Shown here one piece after another: positions 25,705 to 39,638 of a stretch of DNA of 64,000 bases. Position numbers and translations under genes: made by a program. The notes under the pieces are model-generated. The model had not been told where the DNA came from and made no database searches. It was given only the letters and a program-made list of their open reading frames with translations. The DNA comes from Octopus vulgaris (lineage: Eukaryota): assembly GCA_951406725.2 (NCBI GenBank), contig OX597835.1, positions 9,176,001 to 9,240,000 of the forward strand, given 5' to 3'. Each line of letters opens with the position of its first letter. Position 1 is the first letter of the stretch.

Positions 25705-27102
25705 TGCATCGCTCTTTTCTTTCACGACAGTCGTAAGGACAGCAACTTTTCCTATCTCTCTCTCATATCTTTTCGCTTGTCAAAGGAAATATTTCTCCAG
25801 CGTTCGCTATTTCTACTCTCTTTCTGGTCTAACTACCCTCCATGTTTCTTTTCGTTCGGTTTCCTTACTAGTCTCCACTGTCCTGCTTTTGTTCCCAACT
25901 TTAACCCTCCATAAGTCCCGAATTTTATTTTGGTACGTATGGGAGGCTCACATTTTTGCGAGCCAGCCTCTGGAGTGCAATAAAATTTGGTTTCTTCCAG
26001 TGGATGATTGGGACGGGTCAAAAGTTATTTTGACCCTGTGGACCCAATCAGGAAAGGAGTTAGTTTTTCCAGACATTTTAACAATGGCTGCGAGCAGGTA
26101 ACTGGAGATCTTTGAGGTTTCCCCCACCCACAAGAGTCAACGGAGTCTGGAACCTGGGCATACAAAAACACTGCCCCCTCAGGACCAAATCAAGTTCCTG
26201 GAGAAGTTGGTTGAAACCTCTGTAGAAGAGGGAACATAAGCGGTCGATGAGGCGGAGGTCTACTCAAAGAAGGGCCGCAAGAGGAAGAAGGTGAGCAACA
26301 ATGGGTGCTCAAAGAAGGATCTTAGGGATGAGGGAGCGGAGGCGGCTTTTCCGGCCACGGGGGAAACCCACCCTTCCTCAGTTAAGAGAAAAATAGAGGA
26401 AAAAAAGAGAAACGGGACATTGCGGGCAGAGGGTAGCACAATACTGGAATGTTCCGGAACTTCGTCGGCGGGAAATGTGCCACCGACAGTGGAAGTGACT
26501 ACCTCGTCCTCTGAAGAAGAAGAATTACTTGCCTTCTTCTACAGGGGCGGAGAGGTGGAGAAGGTGTTGGAGAAGCACCATGAGGGAGCAATTATGACCT
26601 GCACACGGTATCGCGAATGGCCTCCGCAGATAGCTGTGGAGGTCATAACGTTGTCCATGTTGCAAAGGCTGAAAAAGCTCAATGAAGAATATTGTGGCCG
26701 GGCGGTTCCGACACATCACCTGCTCTCTGCTTGAGTGAGGCGTGGGAAATGGCGGGGTACCTGGTTACAAGCGATACTGAAGAGGACTATGGGTAAGAAG
26801 TTGGAAAGCCTCGATATTGTGAACTGATGAGAGGTTTGAAACTTCATTATGTTTTTAACTAAGGTACGAGGCGTAATGCCTCATTTTGGTGTTTTAATTA
26901 TGAACAATTGTAAAAAGTTTATTGCCTCATGAATCATAAATAAGAGAACAACGTTTTCGGGAAATAATCGTCAGGTGTTGTCTGTCTCCCCTATTAATCA
27001 TCATTTTCAATTTTTATCTCATATGACATTACGTCTGTGTCCAGCCCGCAGCTTCCTTCTTTCTCCATGTAAGGCCATTTTGGCCAATTTAATGAAATAA
27101 AA
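25705..27102 (+). mobile_element. probable internally deleted non-LTR retroelement (ORF1-like remnant)
   Basis: Sharp GC-richer island: pyrimidine-rich 5' leader, interrupted K/E/S-rich frame (26084-26734), 3' end with aataaa and an A-rich tail. No diagnostic domain recognised. Confidence 0.45.
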
Positions 27103-27234
27103 AGCTTGCTTCCCTACTACATGATACCGAGTTCAGTTCCACTGCATGGCACCTTGGAATAGTGGATTATACTATAGCCTCGGGTCGACCATTGACTTGT
27201 GAGTGGGTTTGGTAGACAGAAACTGAAAGAAGCC

Positions 27235-27286
<52 letters not shown>

Positions 27287-27480
27287 GTGTCTCTATTTGT
27301 GTTTGTCTCCCCGCCATCACTTGACAACCGATGTTGGTGTGTTTACGTCCACGTAACTTAGCGGTTCGGCACAAAAGACTGATAGAATAAGTACTAGGCT
27401 TACAAAGAGTAAGTCTTAAGGTCGATTTCTCCGACTAAAGCATGTCTGCAGTTAAATGACTGGAACAATTTAAAGAAAAA
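27103..27480 (+). mobile_element. SINE family B, head clipped
   Basis: Matches 34025-34450 from agcttgct onward, with internal (TA)n. Confidence 0.85.
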
Positions 27481-28489
27481 TAATAAAAAAATATACATTT
27501 ATATATATACAAACACACACACACATATATGTATGCATGTATGTGTGTATCTATTTATGTATGTATGTATACATGCATATTGCTTTTGTAGCAATCGATA
27601 ATTTATAATGAAAATTATAACATCAGTTTCCAAGAAGTTACATTCGAATCAATCAAGAATATATCCGGATTCCTATTTCAATTCTGTACCTGAGTATATT
27701 ATAAATTTTATAACGTATTTTAACACCATTGATTTATCAGAAAGTATATTTTATTTAATAGGTATTCTCGATGTATTACTCAAATTCTATATTCAATACT
27801 TTAAACTATCTCACCGACCTTCATCGACTAGTGAGTTTGCCTAGCAACGGGGTGCGTAAATGGCCTGCTAATGGAAAATAAATTCTACACCTAATACTTG
27901 ATGAAATATAATTTTGTATGTCAAAGAAAGAGAAAAAAAATCAATGTTTTTATCTGATTATATTTTATTTCCTGTTTATATAATGAATGGAAGACTAGAG
28001 AAGTGTTGATGCGACCACCTTTCCAGGAAACCCAGAGCTGGCAACTCCAACAGAGGTTGCTACGATACTCGGCATTTGCTCTGCTTGATATATATGTTAA
28101 TTCCTTTTTTTTATATTTCCTTCATCTCCTTTATTCCGCTCTTCTTATTTCAACAATATTTTAACTTATTTAAGAAAGATATTTTTTCCTTCTTATTCCA
28201 TTATTTCCGCACCACAATCACGTTTCCTATTTTCTTTCTCTATTCTGTCATCTTGTCTTTCATTTCTTCCATTTCTGCATTTTAAACACGTATTCACTCA
28301 GTCGACAGTACATGTATTTACAGGATATCTTTTTTTTTTAATCTTACATTCATCTGATTGTAATATATTTGCCTAGATACCAATTATACATTCCTGCTTG
28401 AACTGAGTTGAAACGTAGCATAATTTCCTTTCTTGTATAACAAGAAAAGACAACAACCACGGAACAGAAACGGTCATATCGTAAATCAA

Positions 28490-29195
28490 AATAAAGTCAT
28501 ATTGTACACCATAGGTTCACAGCTCTCCTTCTCTACTCAGTCCTTACCTATTTCAATTGGCTGTTGTTCAACTTACGAGTAGGGGCGTTTATCCCAGCTT
28601 CATAAAATTCAGCTAATTTCCGACGTAATCGATTTCTTTCAACAGTCTTCACTTCATCATCACCGAAATATTTGCATCTCAGTTCCTCTTTCATTGCACA
28701 AAAGAGATGAAAGTCTGAGGATACTAGGTCAACTGTGTAGGGGAGATTGCTCAGAGTAAACGCCCAAAAGGTTTTTCCAGTTTGCTCCCTCAAGCTCTTT
28801 TATCTTTGGAAACTTCGCATGATGCCATTTTACTGATTGCCTTTTTGGTTCTGCTTTATAAAAATGAATCTAAATTCCATCACCAGTTACGAGCGTTTGA
28901 AGAAGATTTTGTCTCTTCCACCGACAATAAAGAGTTCCGTGTAACAGTTAGCATTGTCAGTCCTTGGATCATCTATGCTTTATATCAAACAAGAGGAGAT
29001 GGAACTCTCAGTGGTGGAGTTCTTCGCCACAAAGAAAAATAACCGGCATCAACTTGGGATAAAAATCTGGCAGAAAGTTTACTTCAGACAGGGTCACACG
29101 ATAGCTTCCAATTTGATTGCGAGGCTGCTTCTGTTGTAACTTAACGAATACAGAAATTAAGTTAACAAAACATTACAAATCTTTTGACTCGCCTC
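28490..29195 (-). mobile_element. degenerate mariner transposon
   Basis: PYTVDLVSSDFHLFCAMKEELR corresponds to mariner YSPDLAPSD(F/Y)HLF; followed by FYEAGI; boundaries approximate. Confidence 0.8.
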
Positions 29196-29339
29196 TCTAT
29201 ATATTATAAATGTGTGTGTGTGTGTGTGTGTTTGTGCACGCGTGTGTGTGTGTGTATGTGTAAGTGTGTTTGTGCACGCGTGCCTGCGTGTGTGTGTATT
29301 GTCTCCTTTATTCAAGAGAGGTTTCGTATATTGTTCAAT

Positions 29340-29685
29340 AGACAACAATGGTTGAAAGCCACCTGTATACTCGAAGAGAAAATCTGCTCTATCAATATGA
29401 CTGGTGCCAGGTACCGATATGCGGTCAACGTTTCGGCTTCTTACTGTTATGTAAACATAGTAAAAACAAACATAGTAAAGTTAATACGTAACAGGGACAA
29501 TTGCACCGGAGACTACGAAGCCATGACCAGTAGAAAGGGCCACAGCAAGCGTTCTACCGCTACATCTTTTGCACACGGTTTTACATTTTGTTCAGATGGC
29601 TATGTGAAGTTACTGGAGACTAGGGCCTATCCCAATCTGGAAAGACTTACTCTGGGAAGGCCTTACATGTTGCATCAGGAATATC
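29340..29685 (+). mobile_element. Tc1/mariner remnant
   Basis: SDGYVKLLETRAYPNLERLTLGRPYMLHQ parallels the segment before the second catalytic D seen at ~6330-6420. Confidence 0.45.
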
Positions 29686-29773
29686 TTATATGGTTATGTA
29701 TGTATGTGTGTATATATATAACTGACAACAGTTGTCATTTGTAGAAAAACTTGTGAAACACGACTGACACTAC

Positions 29774-29815
29774 GTATACCTGAAGATTGTGTAACGCATG
29801 AAAGTACTAGTTTAT
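29774..29815 (+). ncRNA. minimal type I hammerhead ribozyme motif
   Basis: gtatac-CTGAAGA-t tgtg taa cgca t-GAAA-gtac-TA-gtttat; helix I pairs 5 of 6; palindromic helix III (AGTACT). Confidence 0.6.
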
Positions 29816-29944
29816 TTCAATGTTGTCAAATTCTAAAGAAAGCAAATAATAAAACGTGAAAATAGGACTTAGATGTAATTTGATTAACATATTCTTTTAT
29901 GCACAATCATACAAACGCAGATATAGATATGTAGATAGATAGTT

Positions 29945-29975
<31 letters not shown>

Positions 29976-30208
29976 CGGACAGACAGACAGAGACAGAGAC
30001 AGAAAGAGATTAACTGATTGATTGATTGAAAGATAGCGATATATAATACGGATGAAGAATTGATTCCTATCATGAAATTCATTCTACGGTTTTGCAGCGT
30101 TTTAATAAGTCGTGGATGAGAATTCAAAGAACATACATGAGGACGAAATCAAAGACAAAGCTATTTCGACGGGGGTTGCTCATGCCCTCTCTCCCTCCAT
30201 CTCATGTC

Positions 30209-30276
<68 letters not shown>

Positions 30277-30335
30277 TAGATAGATAGATAGATAGATAGA
30301 GAGACAGACAGACAGACAGACAGACAAATAAGTAG

Positions 30336-30409
<74 letters not shown>

Positions 30410-30503
30410 GATAGATAGGTAGGTAGGTAGGTAGATAGATAGATAGATAAATGCACACGCACAACCACACAACCACACAGACACATATAGATACATATAT
30501 GTG

Positions 30504-30550
<47 letters not shown>

Positions 30551-31430
30551 GAGGTGTGTATGAAAAGTCTTGAGCCTCAAAAAAACAAAGCATGGTACAA
30601 GACCTCTGATGAAGTTACAAGACTTCGTATATTCGTGTTGGTGTGTGCGTGTGTGTGCGTGTTTGCGCGCATATGTTTTCGTTTGTGTCTTTAAGAGTAT
30701 CTATCTGTATATGTGTTGCTATATAAATATATATGCGTGTACAAGTTTTGGTGAGTTGGTGTGATATCTACACGGCACCATTCCTCTAGTGTTTCAGCCG
30801 ATCAACTCGATACATACTTTTCCTTCACCCTCCTCAATATTCAATACCCGCATAACATTCTGTAGCTATCAACCCACCACCACCATCACAACCACCATCC
30901 CCGACTCCTCTTGAACCACTGACTAGCAAACATCCTCATATAAATTCCTTACACTCTACCGACGCAAGTCGCCTCGTCCACTTCACATCTGTACCACTGA
31001 CAGTGGCAACAAGTTAGGTATGCTTATAGTAATACTCACGTGAAAAAAAACCTGATATTGGCAAATATCTTATCGAATTCCGTGCGAACATTATTAAGGA
31101 TTTCCAGATATATGAATAGAATTGTTTTATACAAAATCGGATGAATTTATGCACTGCCTTTAGGCTTACTCAGCCTTAAGGTAATACACTGATTCATGCA
31201 AAAGTTATAAGGTATAAAGCATCATCAAATGACATTAGCGGTAATTCTGTGTCTTAGAGAATCTTCTGAAAGCGATATTTGTGCTAAAAACGTAAGGCTT
31301 TGCTTACAATGTCTGAGGATTGTTAGAAACGGTGTTACAGGCTGAAAACTGTAATTAAGTACGCGAATACTTTCGGGAGAACTCAGGGAACACAACGGAC
31401 TCTGTGTTATTCTAAATTTGATCAGTTTCG

Positions 31431-31498
<68 letters not shown>

Positions 31499-31598
31499 GT
31501 GCGTGTGTGTGTGTGTGTGTGTGAGAGTATTAATAATAATAGTATGACAGCAAAACAATGAACGCTACCTCGATGTTATATAAATAGTGGAATCCAGT

Positions 31599-31719
31599 TT
31601 CGGATGTCGGGGCGGAAATCTGCTCCGGCATCTCGTCAGTTATTAAGACAAACAAAGAGAGCATTTTTGCCTTAATAACTGACGAGATGCTGGAGCAGGT
31701 TTCCACCCTGACATCCGAA
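31599..31719. repeat. 49-bp inverted repeat, each arm with a hammerhead-like core
   Basis: Arms 31599-31647 and 31671-31719, 4 mismatches; each reads CTGACGA-GATG...CATC-CGAA. Confidence 0.85.
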
Positions 31720-31736
31720 CATTTGTCACATATTAT

Positions 31737-31786
<50 letters not shown>

Positions 31787-31870
31787 ACACATATTGGTGT
31801 TAAGAGGCTTTCCAAGGCGATATATATTGACGTCTGTATGTAAATGGCACAACGATAGGCAACAGAACTA

Positions 31871-31942
<72 letters not shown>

Positions 31943-32024
31943 TCAAATTATTACATTTATATAAAAGGGCTTAGTAAAATAAATTACTTTGCCGCATACT
32001 GAACTCAATTACCCTCAATTGTTG

Positions 32025-32083
<59 letters not shown>

Positions 32084-32189
32084 ATATGTATGTATATACA
32101 TACATACATACATACATACATACATACCTACATACATACCTACATACATACATACATTCATACATACATACATACATACATACATAAAT

Positions 32190-32605
32190 GCAATTTACAA
32201 TAACACCAGCAAGAAAGACTCTCTTGAAATAAACTTAGAAAATCCCTCTGTTACAGAATACAATTAGAACAACGACTCAAGAAACAGTGGTGGAATATTC
32301 ACATTAAAAATTATTTCAAATATAAGCATAGCATACCGGATATTGTTGTTTGGGACAGAGGGGCAAAGCTATGCACCATCACAGAGGTTTACTCCCCTGC
32401 AGATAAAAGTATCTCTATTAAAATAAAAAAAAAACAGGATATCTATGCATAATTGCTTCGAAACATCCAGCTCTGATATCCAGACCAGGAATTCATCCCA
32501 ACAATAATTGGAGCACCAGGTTTTGTTAGTAAGCGGTGAAAGGAGAATCTGGATAAACTGGGATTTTCAGAAAGAGAACTTGACCGGCGAATTCGTACAT
32601 TATGT
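32190..32605 (+). mobile_element. RLE-type (R4/Dong-like) LINE endonuclease remnant
   Basis: WWNIHIK...KHSIPDIVVWDRGAKLCTITEVYSPAD...IYA*LLRNIQL*YPD...PTIIGAPG is a PD-(D/E)xK restriction-like endonuclease pattern with stops; begins next to (TACA)n. Confidence 0.8.
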
Positions 32606-32608
32606 GAG

Positions 32609-32990
32609 TGTGGAGACGCAATGGCCCAGTGGTTAGGGCAGCGAACACGCGGTCGGAGGATCACGGTTTCGATTCCCAGACCGGGCATTGTGAGTGTTTA
32701 TTGAGCGAAAACACCTAAAGCTCCACGAGGCTCCGGCAGGGGGTGGTGGTGGTCCCTGCTGTACTCTTTCACCACAACTTTCTCTCGCTCTCTCTTCCTG
32801 TTTCTCTTGTACCTGTATTTCAAAGGGCCAGCCTTGTCACATTCTGTGTGTCACGCTGAATCTCCTCGAGAACTACGTTAAGGGTACACGTGTCTGTGGA
32901 GTGCTCAGCCACTTGCACGTTAATATCCCGAGCAAGCTGTTCCGTTGATCGTATCAGCTGGGACCCTCATCGTCGCAACCGACGGATTGT
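32609..32990 (+). mobile_element. SINE family A
   Basis: Matches other family A copies; somewhat more diverged. Confidence 0.9.
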
Positions 32991-34024
32991 CCTACTACTA
33001 AAAGATATTTCACAGTCACATACGGCTCGCGTTTCCTTTGCCGTTCAGTGTATTTTAACAAGCGGGCTCCATGTCGTTTCCGTTATAAGAAGTGAGACGA
33101 TTCAAAATATTAAAATAATTTATTTTCTTTTGGAACATTGAATCATGAAGCAGATAAAGCTATAACTAATTGGGCAGTAATAATTGGATAAAAGCCTCAC
33201 CGTGTGACATGATCACATATCTCTTGTAACCTTTGTGGACAGAGATCCCAGGTAATAAATAAAAGTGGTAACATTCAGGGTACGCAAATCATTTGCTCCA
33301 GTTTCCTGTAGCAAGTGAAGGTATTAAATAATATAAACAGATTGGCAGTTTGTTTCTCTGAGATGGTCAAATTAAAGTAGAATCGAAAATCGATTAAGAT
33401 TGTTGATTATTTCTTCAGTCAACGTAGGAAGATTTAAATTAAGCCAGTTTATACATCTACTATATGCTATATAGGTTACATATACAGTAAGCCATAGATT
33501 ATCGTGGGTGGTACGTTCCAAAACCTTCCTCAGAAATAATTGAAATCTAAAAAAAATATAAATACCTATCGGCCGCAATAAGGCGCGGCAAATCGTGGAG
33601 TACGCGATATAAATTTAGATATATTAGCTAGGAAAATCCGCGATGATTTTTGTGTATACGGGATTATTGTGTATACGAATAAAATTATTAGTACTTTCAC
33701 ACAAAAGGAATTATCTCAAAAAGTCAAATTAGAAATACGTCCCATTCGGTAGATACAGGATTGGGCTTTTCCTTATAATGTCTAATATCTCATGCGGTGA
33801 ATATGACATTGGGTGAGCCATTATAACGTGCTACGCTGTCCACATCAATGTCTGATTTATGTTTAACTGAAACGCAGCGTAAAAATAATATCTTCAAAAA
33901 GCTATCACAAATATTAAACGTTGCACTTCCTTTGACTCATCCCTCGGTGAATATACATTGCTGCGCTACATTCTATACGAAACCAAACAAATATTTCTAG
34001 CTTTCACTGAACATAAATGTACAG

Positions 34025-34450
34025 AGGCGCAGGAGTGGCTGTGTGGTAAGTAGCTTGCTAACCAACCACATGGTTCCGGGTTCAGTCCCTGTGCGTGGCA
34101 TCTTGGGCAAGTGTCTTCTGCTATAGCCCCGGGCTGACCAATGCCTTGTGAGTGGATTTGGTAGACGGAAACTGAAAGAAGCCTGTCGTATATATGTATA
34201 TATATGTATGTATGTGTGTTTGTTTGTGTGTCTGTGTTTGTCCCCCTAGCATTGCTTGACAACCAATGCTGGTGTGTTTACATCCCCGTTACTTAGCGGT
34301 TCGGCAAAAGAGACCGATAGAATAAGTACTGGGCTTACAAAAAAAATAAGTCCCGGGGTCGAGTTGCTCGACTAAAGGCGGTGCTCCAGCATGGCCGCAG
34401 TCAAAATGACTCAAACAAGTAAAAGAATAAAAGAGTAAAGAGAGTAAAGA
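34025..34450 (+). mobile_element. SINE family B, full length
   Basis: Head ggcgcaggagtggctgtgtggtaag, B-box-like ggttcagtcc, internal (TA)/(TG) tract, (gagtaaa)n tail; near-identical to 56428-56831. Confidence 0.92.
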
Positions 34451-34927
34451 GATAGTGGATTCGTTCCAAATTAGTGTAACGGCGCATTTAATCTCGACAG
34501 GTTTTGAATTTAAAACATAAGGCAAGATAATACATTAATGCAAGTCCGATGTTTATCGCTTGAAAGTCAACCACGTTTAACATCCAAATAACGTTATCAA
34601 TAGAAATGATTCATCAAACACAAAGATTTATTATAAACATTTCGTTGATTTGTATGATTTTATATAAAAAAAAAACAACATTTTTGTTTACTTTGTCAAT
34701 ATTTATTTAAATCCCATGTGTGGATTTAGTATGTTATTGAATTGTTATCAGCCGTTTATGGCGAAGATGGAACATTTATCTTAGCAATTTTAATATTAAT
34801 AAATCTTCACATAAAACAATGTTAAAATCTTAATATAATTAAAAAAGAAAACGGTGCAAATACACGTAGACATTAACACAAAGACACACGCTAACACGTA
34901 CACACATACACATATATATATATACAT

Positions 34928-35481
<554 letters not shown>

Positions 35482-35517
35482 TTATATATAGGTACATTCA
35501 TACACACACACACACAG

Positions 35518-35569
<52 letters not shown>

Positions 35570-36499
35570 GCTCGGTTAGTGAATATATCTGCGTGCAAGT
35601 CTGCTAGTCAATTTAAAAGGAAAATAAGATTTCCTGTCAACTGTCAGCGGAGTTGAAATATTTCCAGACAAGGCTATTGCAATCTGATAGAATGAAAGAA
35701 TTTGCGTAGAATTCAGATCGGTCAAGTTTTTTTTAACCACTTTCACAAAATCTAGAGAGTAAAATATTTTTCAACGGTCATATATCAACAAATATTGATG
35801 TTTTATATCAACATTTTTTCTTTTTATTTTTCTTTCATCGTAATCGAGAGTAATTCATCATGGTAGACAATCGTTTGACGTTACTCAATGTCACAGCTAG
35901 TTTCAAGATGAATCTTTCGACAGTAAATTCTAATTGCAGATCGATACTGGTGCACGTAGTCCATTTTGTCCAACTTCTGTACCAGCCGTGTAGTGTAGAC
36001 AATTTCCAATGAGGTTCCGTACTTTCTTCCTCATGATTTCTTATTTCTGAAACTCAGTTGCTAATTCAGGAAGATTTCTATTATGTTGTCCCCGTGAATA
36101 TGTCAAAGATATGAAATATAGAATAGAGAAGAACCACAGAATATTGTTACCAAAGTGATTCCTCAACTTCCCCGAAGAATCATATGGTGCAGCCTATTCA
36201 GGTTTCCTGGTCCAGCCTGCATCATATCACAAGCTGCATCTTCTCTCTTCATCCTTGATGTATTACTGGTACTGACTTATTATGTATGTCTCAGAAATGT
36301 TGCTTAATAACTGCACTGGCGCTGTGGACCTAGAATGCGTTTGGTCTATAAACGTTGCACAAGAGCAATCTGATATTTGAAAACCTAATTAAATTCCTTT
36401 AAAGAAACGTGTTTAAAAAGTAATTAACGGTTTCAAATACGACGGAAAAATATAAATTCTGTAAATTGATATAACATCATGCCTATTTAAAGCACTCTA

Positions 36500-36665
36500 C
36501 CATTAACTGGGCTGGTACGTAAAGACACCCACGATAATATCTGAGTGGCTAGGTAAGTACCTGTGGAAACCTTGCCAAATAAGAGTGGAGCCTGATGCAG
36601 CCTCCCGGCTTGACAGTTCTCAGTCGAGCCGTACAACACATGCCAGCATGGAAATCGGACATTGA
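36500..36665 (+). mobile_element. degenerate SINE 3' tail (separate family)
   Basis: gagcctgatgcagcc...catgccagcatggaaatcggacatt resembles a retroposon tail I recall from cephalopod DNA; single copy here. Confidence 0.4.
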
Positions 36666-36672
36666 TAGATCG

Positions 36673-36808
36673 TTAGCCACTACACACATTTTTTTTCTCT
36701 CCTTGTTTTGTCTGTGTCCCTTTCTGTAGAAGAGCCTAGGCTCGAAACGTAAAAGACTTTTTCTATTCCTGAGCGTTATACTAATAAATCTGTTTATTTT
36801 GTACACCA
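36673..36808 (+). mobile_element. short repeat family E with variant hammerhead motif, copy 1
   Basis: cttt-CTGTAGA-A-GAGC ctag GCTC-GAAA-CG-TA-aaag at 36720-36755; homologous to 43565-43723 and 49846-50017. Confidence 0.7.
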
Positions 36809-38179
36809 GTTTTATATGATAACTATGTAATATATCACTTAGGTTATATTTGTAATATCTTGTATATACACCCTTTGTAAACAAATTTAGCGCTTTAAAT
36901 ACGTTTATTTGATACACAATTTTTGTGAGTGTATTTATTGCATTGTTCTGAAGAGAGAGAATTACCCCTTGGTTGTGATAGCAATCTATAATAGGAGGAA
37001 CCATGCCATTAAACTAACAATTGTATTTATCAAATATTATAACCAATCGATTGACATTTTGGTGAGCTATTGTTACGTCTAAACGAACGCAGCAGTGCTG
37101 TGTTGTTGCAATACAGCTTACTTCTTCGATGCTTATTATGGCCATTACCACAAATATTAAGATTGCCATCCAACGTAAAGTAGAACGTTTCATTTTTTGC
37201 ATTCCGAATATAGCGAATATAGGATTACTTGAGGATTGCGCCTCTCTCTTTCTCGCCCTTCCTCCACACAGGCACACATATCTCCCAAAGAGGCTGACAT
37301 ACTAAAAAATATTGTATTATCCACATTGATGTCAATATATTTCCAAGTCATTTCTAGAAAATTATGTATTTGTTTCAATATTTTGTGTATGTTTTTAATA
37401 TCTTACTTTACTAGTCCTTAATCCGTTGTTGTTGTTGTTGTTGTTGTTGCTGTTGTTGTTTTGGTCTTAATTTCTTTTCAACTTTATTCTTCCTCTCCAT
37501 TTATCGATTCACTTTACTATTCAGTCATTTCTCACCTGATTCTCTTAAATTTCACTTTGTATATCTTATTTTTATTGACAGATGCATTTATTCAACTGGA
37601 GCCGAAGATATTCAAAATGGCTGTTTTTTCACTCTATCCAACAATACACACAATGATGCTGTAGATGTAGCTTTCTGAATATAAATTCGTTTCTAAAGTT
37701 TTTCGTGGATTTCGTGTTGACACAGAAAGAAGGGAGAGAAGGTAGAGGAACTGAGAAAGATAACGGGAAAACTAAATATAAGATATCTGAAAAAAATATA
37801 CTTGCATCGTTGCTTATATTTATGTAGATATATTTAGAAAACCAAACGAGACTTCTATATAGGAATTTCACACATAAACTGATGTATTGCGAAGTGATAC
37901 GCGTACGTGTCGTTGCACATTTAAAGGCATAACTGCATTAGTTTCCTATCAAAGCATGTTGTAATTATATCTTTATTAATATTACCAGAGTGAGCTTCTC
38001 TAAACTTAAAACTACTTACACCTGTCATGTGGTTGTTTATGTGTTAAAAGCTTTTATTATTCAGCTGGGATTTACTTTAGTTTTGATTTCGGATGATCGG
38101 GATTTCTTACCTTAATTCCTTACAAACAACATTGAATTTCTTCCAAAGTTCTACGACTTGTTCACTGGTTACTGTATTA

Positions 38180-38411
38180 TACTCTTTTACTCTGTTACTT
38201 GTTTCAGTCATTTGACTGTGGCCATGCTGGAGCACTGCTTTTAGTCGAGCAAATCGACCCCAGGACTTAGTTTTTGTAAGCATAGTACTTATTCTATCGG
38301 TCTCTTTCACCGAACCACTAGATGACGGGGACGTAAAAACATCAGTATCGGTTGTCAAGCGATGTTGGCGGGGGACAAACACAGACACACAAACATCCAC
38401 ACACATACACA

Positions 38412-38449
<38 letters not shown>

Positions 38450-38616
38450 TATATACGACGGGCTTCTTTCAGTTTCCGTCTACCAAATCCACTCACAAGT
38501 CTTTGGTCGGCCCGAGGCACTTGAAGACACTTGCCCAAGATGCCACGCAGTGTTACTGAACCCAGAACCATATGGTTGGTAAGCAAGCTACTTACCACAG
38601 AGCCACTCCCACGCCT
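38180..38616 (-). mobile_element. SINE family B, full length
   Basis: Reverse complement of 34025-34450. Confidence 0.92.
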
Positions 38617-39539
38617 ATAAACATCATTTTAGTTTAATACCATGTTCAGCATTCATGTTCAATCTACAATTTGCCACAATGTTTTATCATAAATCTAAAC
38701 ATTATACACTATATTTATGTATAGACATATTGTTAACTTGAAATTTATCTTTACCTAAAAATTTCTATCAATTATAATTGGCACCATCCAGAGTGGAGTA
38801 TTTGGAAACTGGATGCAATAGTCAGAGAGCTAGATAAACGAGATATATACCACATACATATACAAAATACCGATTCTGATTAAAAATGAAACACTGGATA
38901 CGAGTCATGTTCTAAAAAGGCAAAGATAGACTGGGGTAAAAGACCTTTTTGCATAAGGGCTGAAACATGGTTGACGAATAAGAAACAGCATAGCAGACTA
39001 CACCAGTTACTGCAAATAACCATAGAAATCTGTAAATAAAGAACTGCCAATATTTGGAATCTAGACAAACTGAGAATTTTTTTTTTTAGCATTTGAGTGA
39101 ATTTTCCCCGTTTAAGTAAAATCGAAATACAACGTTCTTCCCTATTATATTGGCAAGAAAATGGAATTTCATTGGCAAATGTTGGTAGAAATGTAGTTTA
39201 TGATTGGGAAATTAACAATAATTACTTCCTATGGGTATCAAGCATAATTGTGTTCATAAAGTTTTAATTGAAGTTTATCTCATTTAGTTTCCGTCTCTTA
39301 AATCTTTCGAAAATATTAACCTTTCATATGCTTGTGCAAATTCCTTTAAATTACGAGGAGGAAAAGAAGTGACACGTTACACCGAATCGAACTCTGTAAG
39401 TCTCTTCACTTACTAACAAGCAAATTATTCTTTCATTTACGTGAATTTTCTATAGGAAATTGAAATTTACCAAACAGAAAGATTGAATTTACTGGAAAAT
39501 GGATAAGCTAAGCTAATCTAAATATTCATACATGTTACA

Positions 39540-39638
<99 letters not shown>

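Noticed and set aside
26948-26981. Minus-strand CTGACGA...GAAA with flanking acaac/gttgt
   Set aside because: No helix II pairing and no properly placed NUH triplet.
35860-36390. Coding-looking segment with W-x-x-W and CSC motifs on the minus strand
   Set aside because: Stops in all frames and no domain I can confidently recognise.
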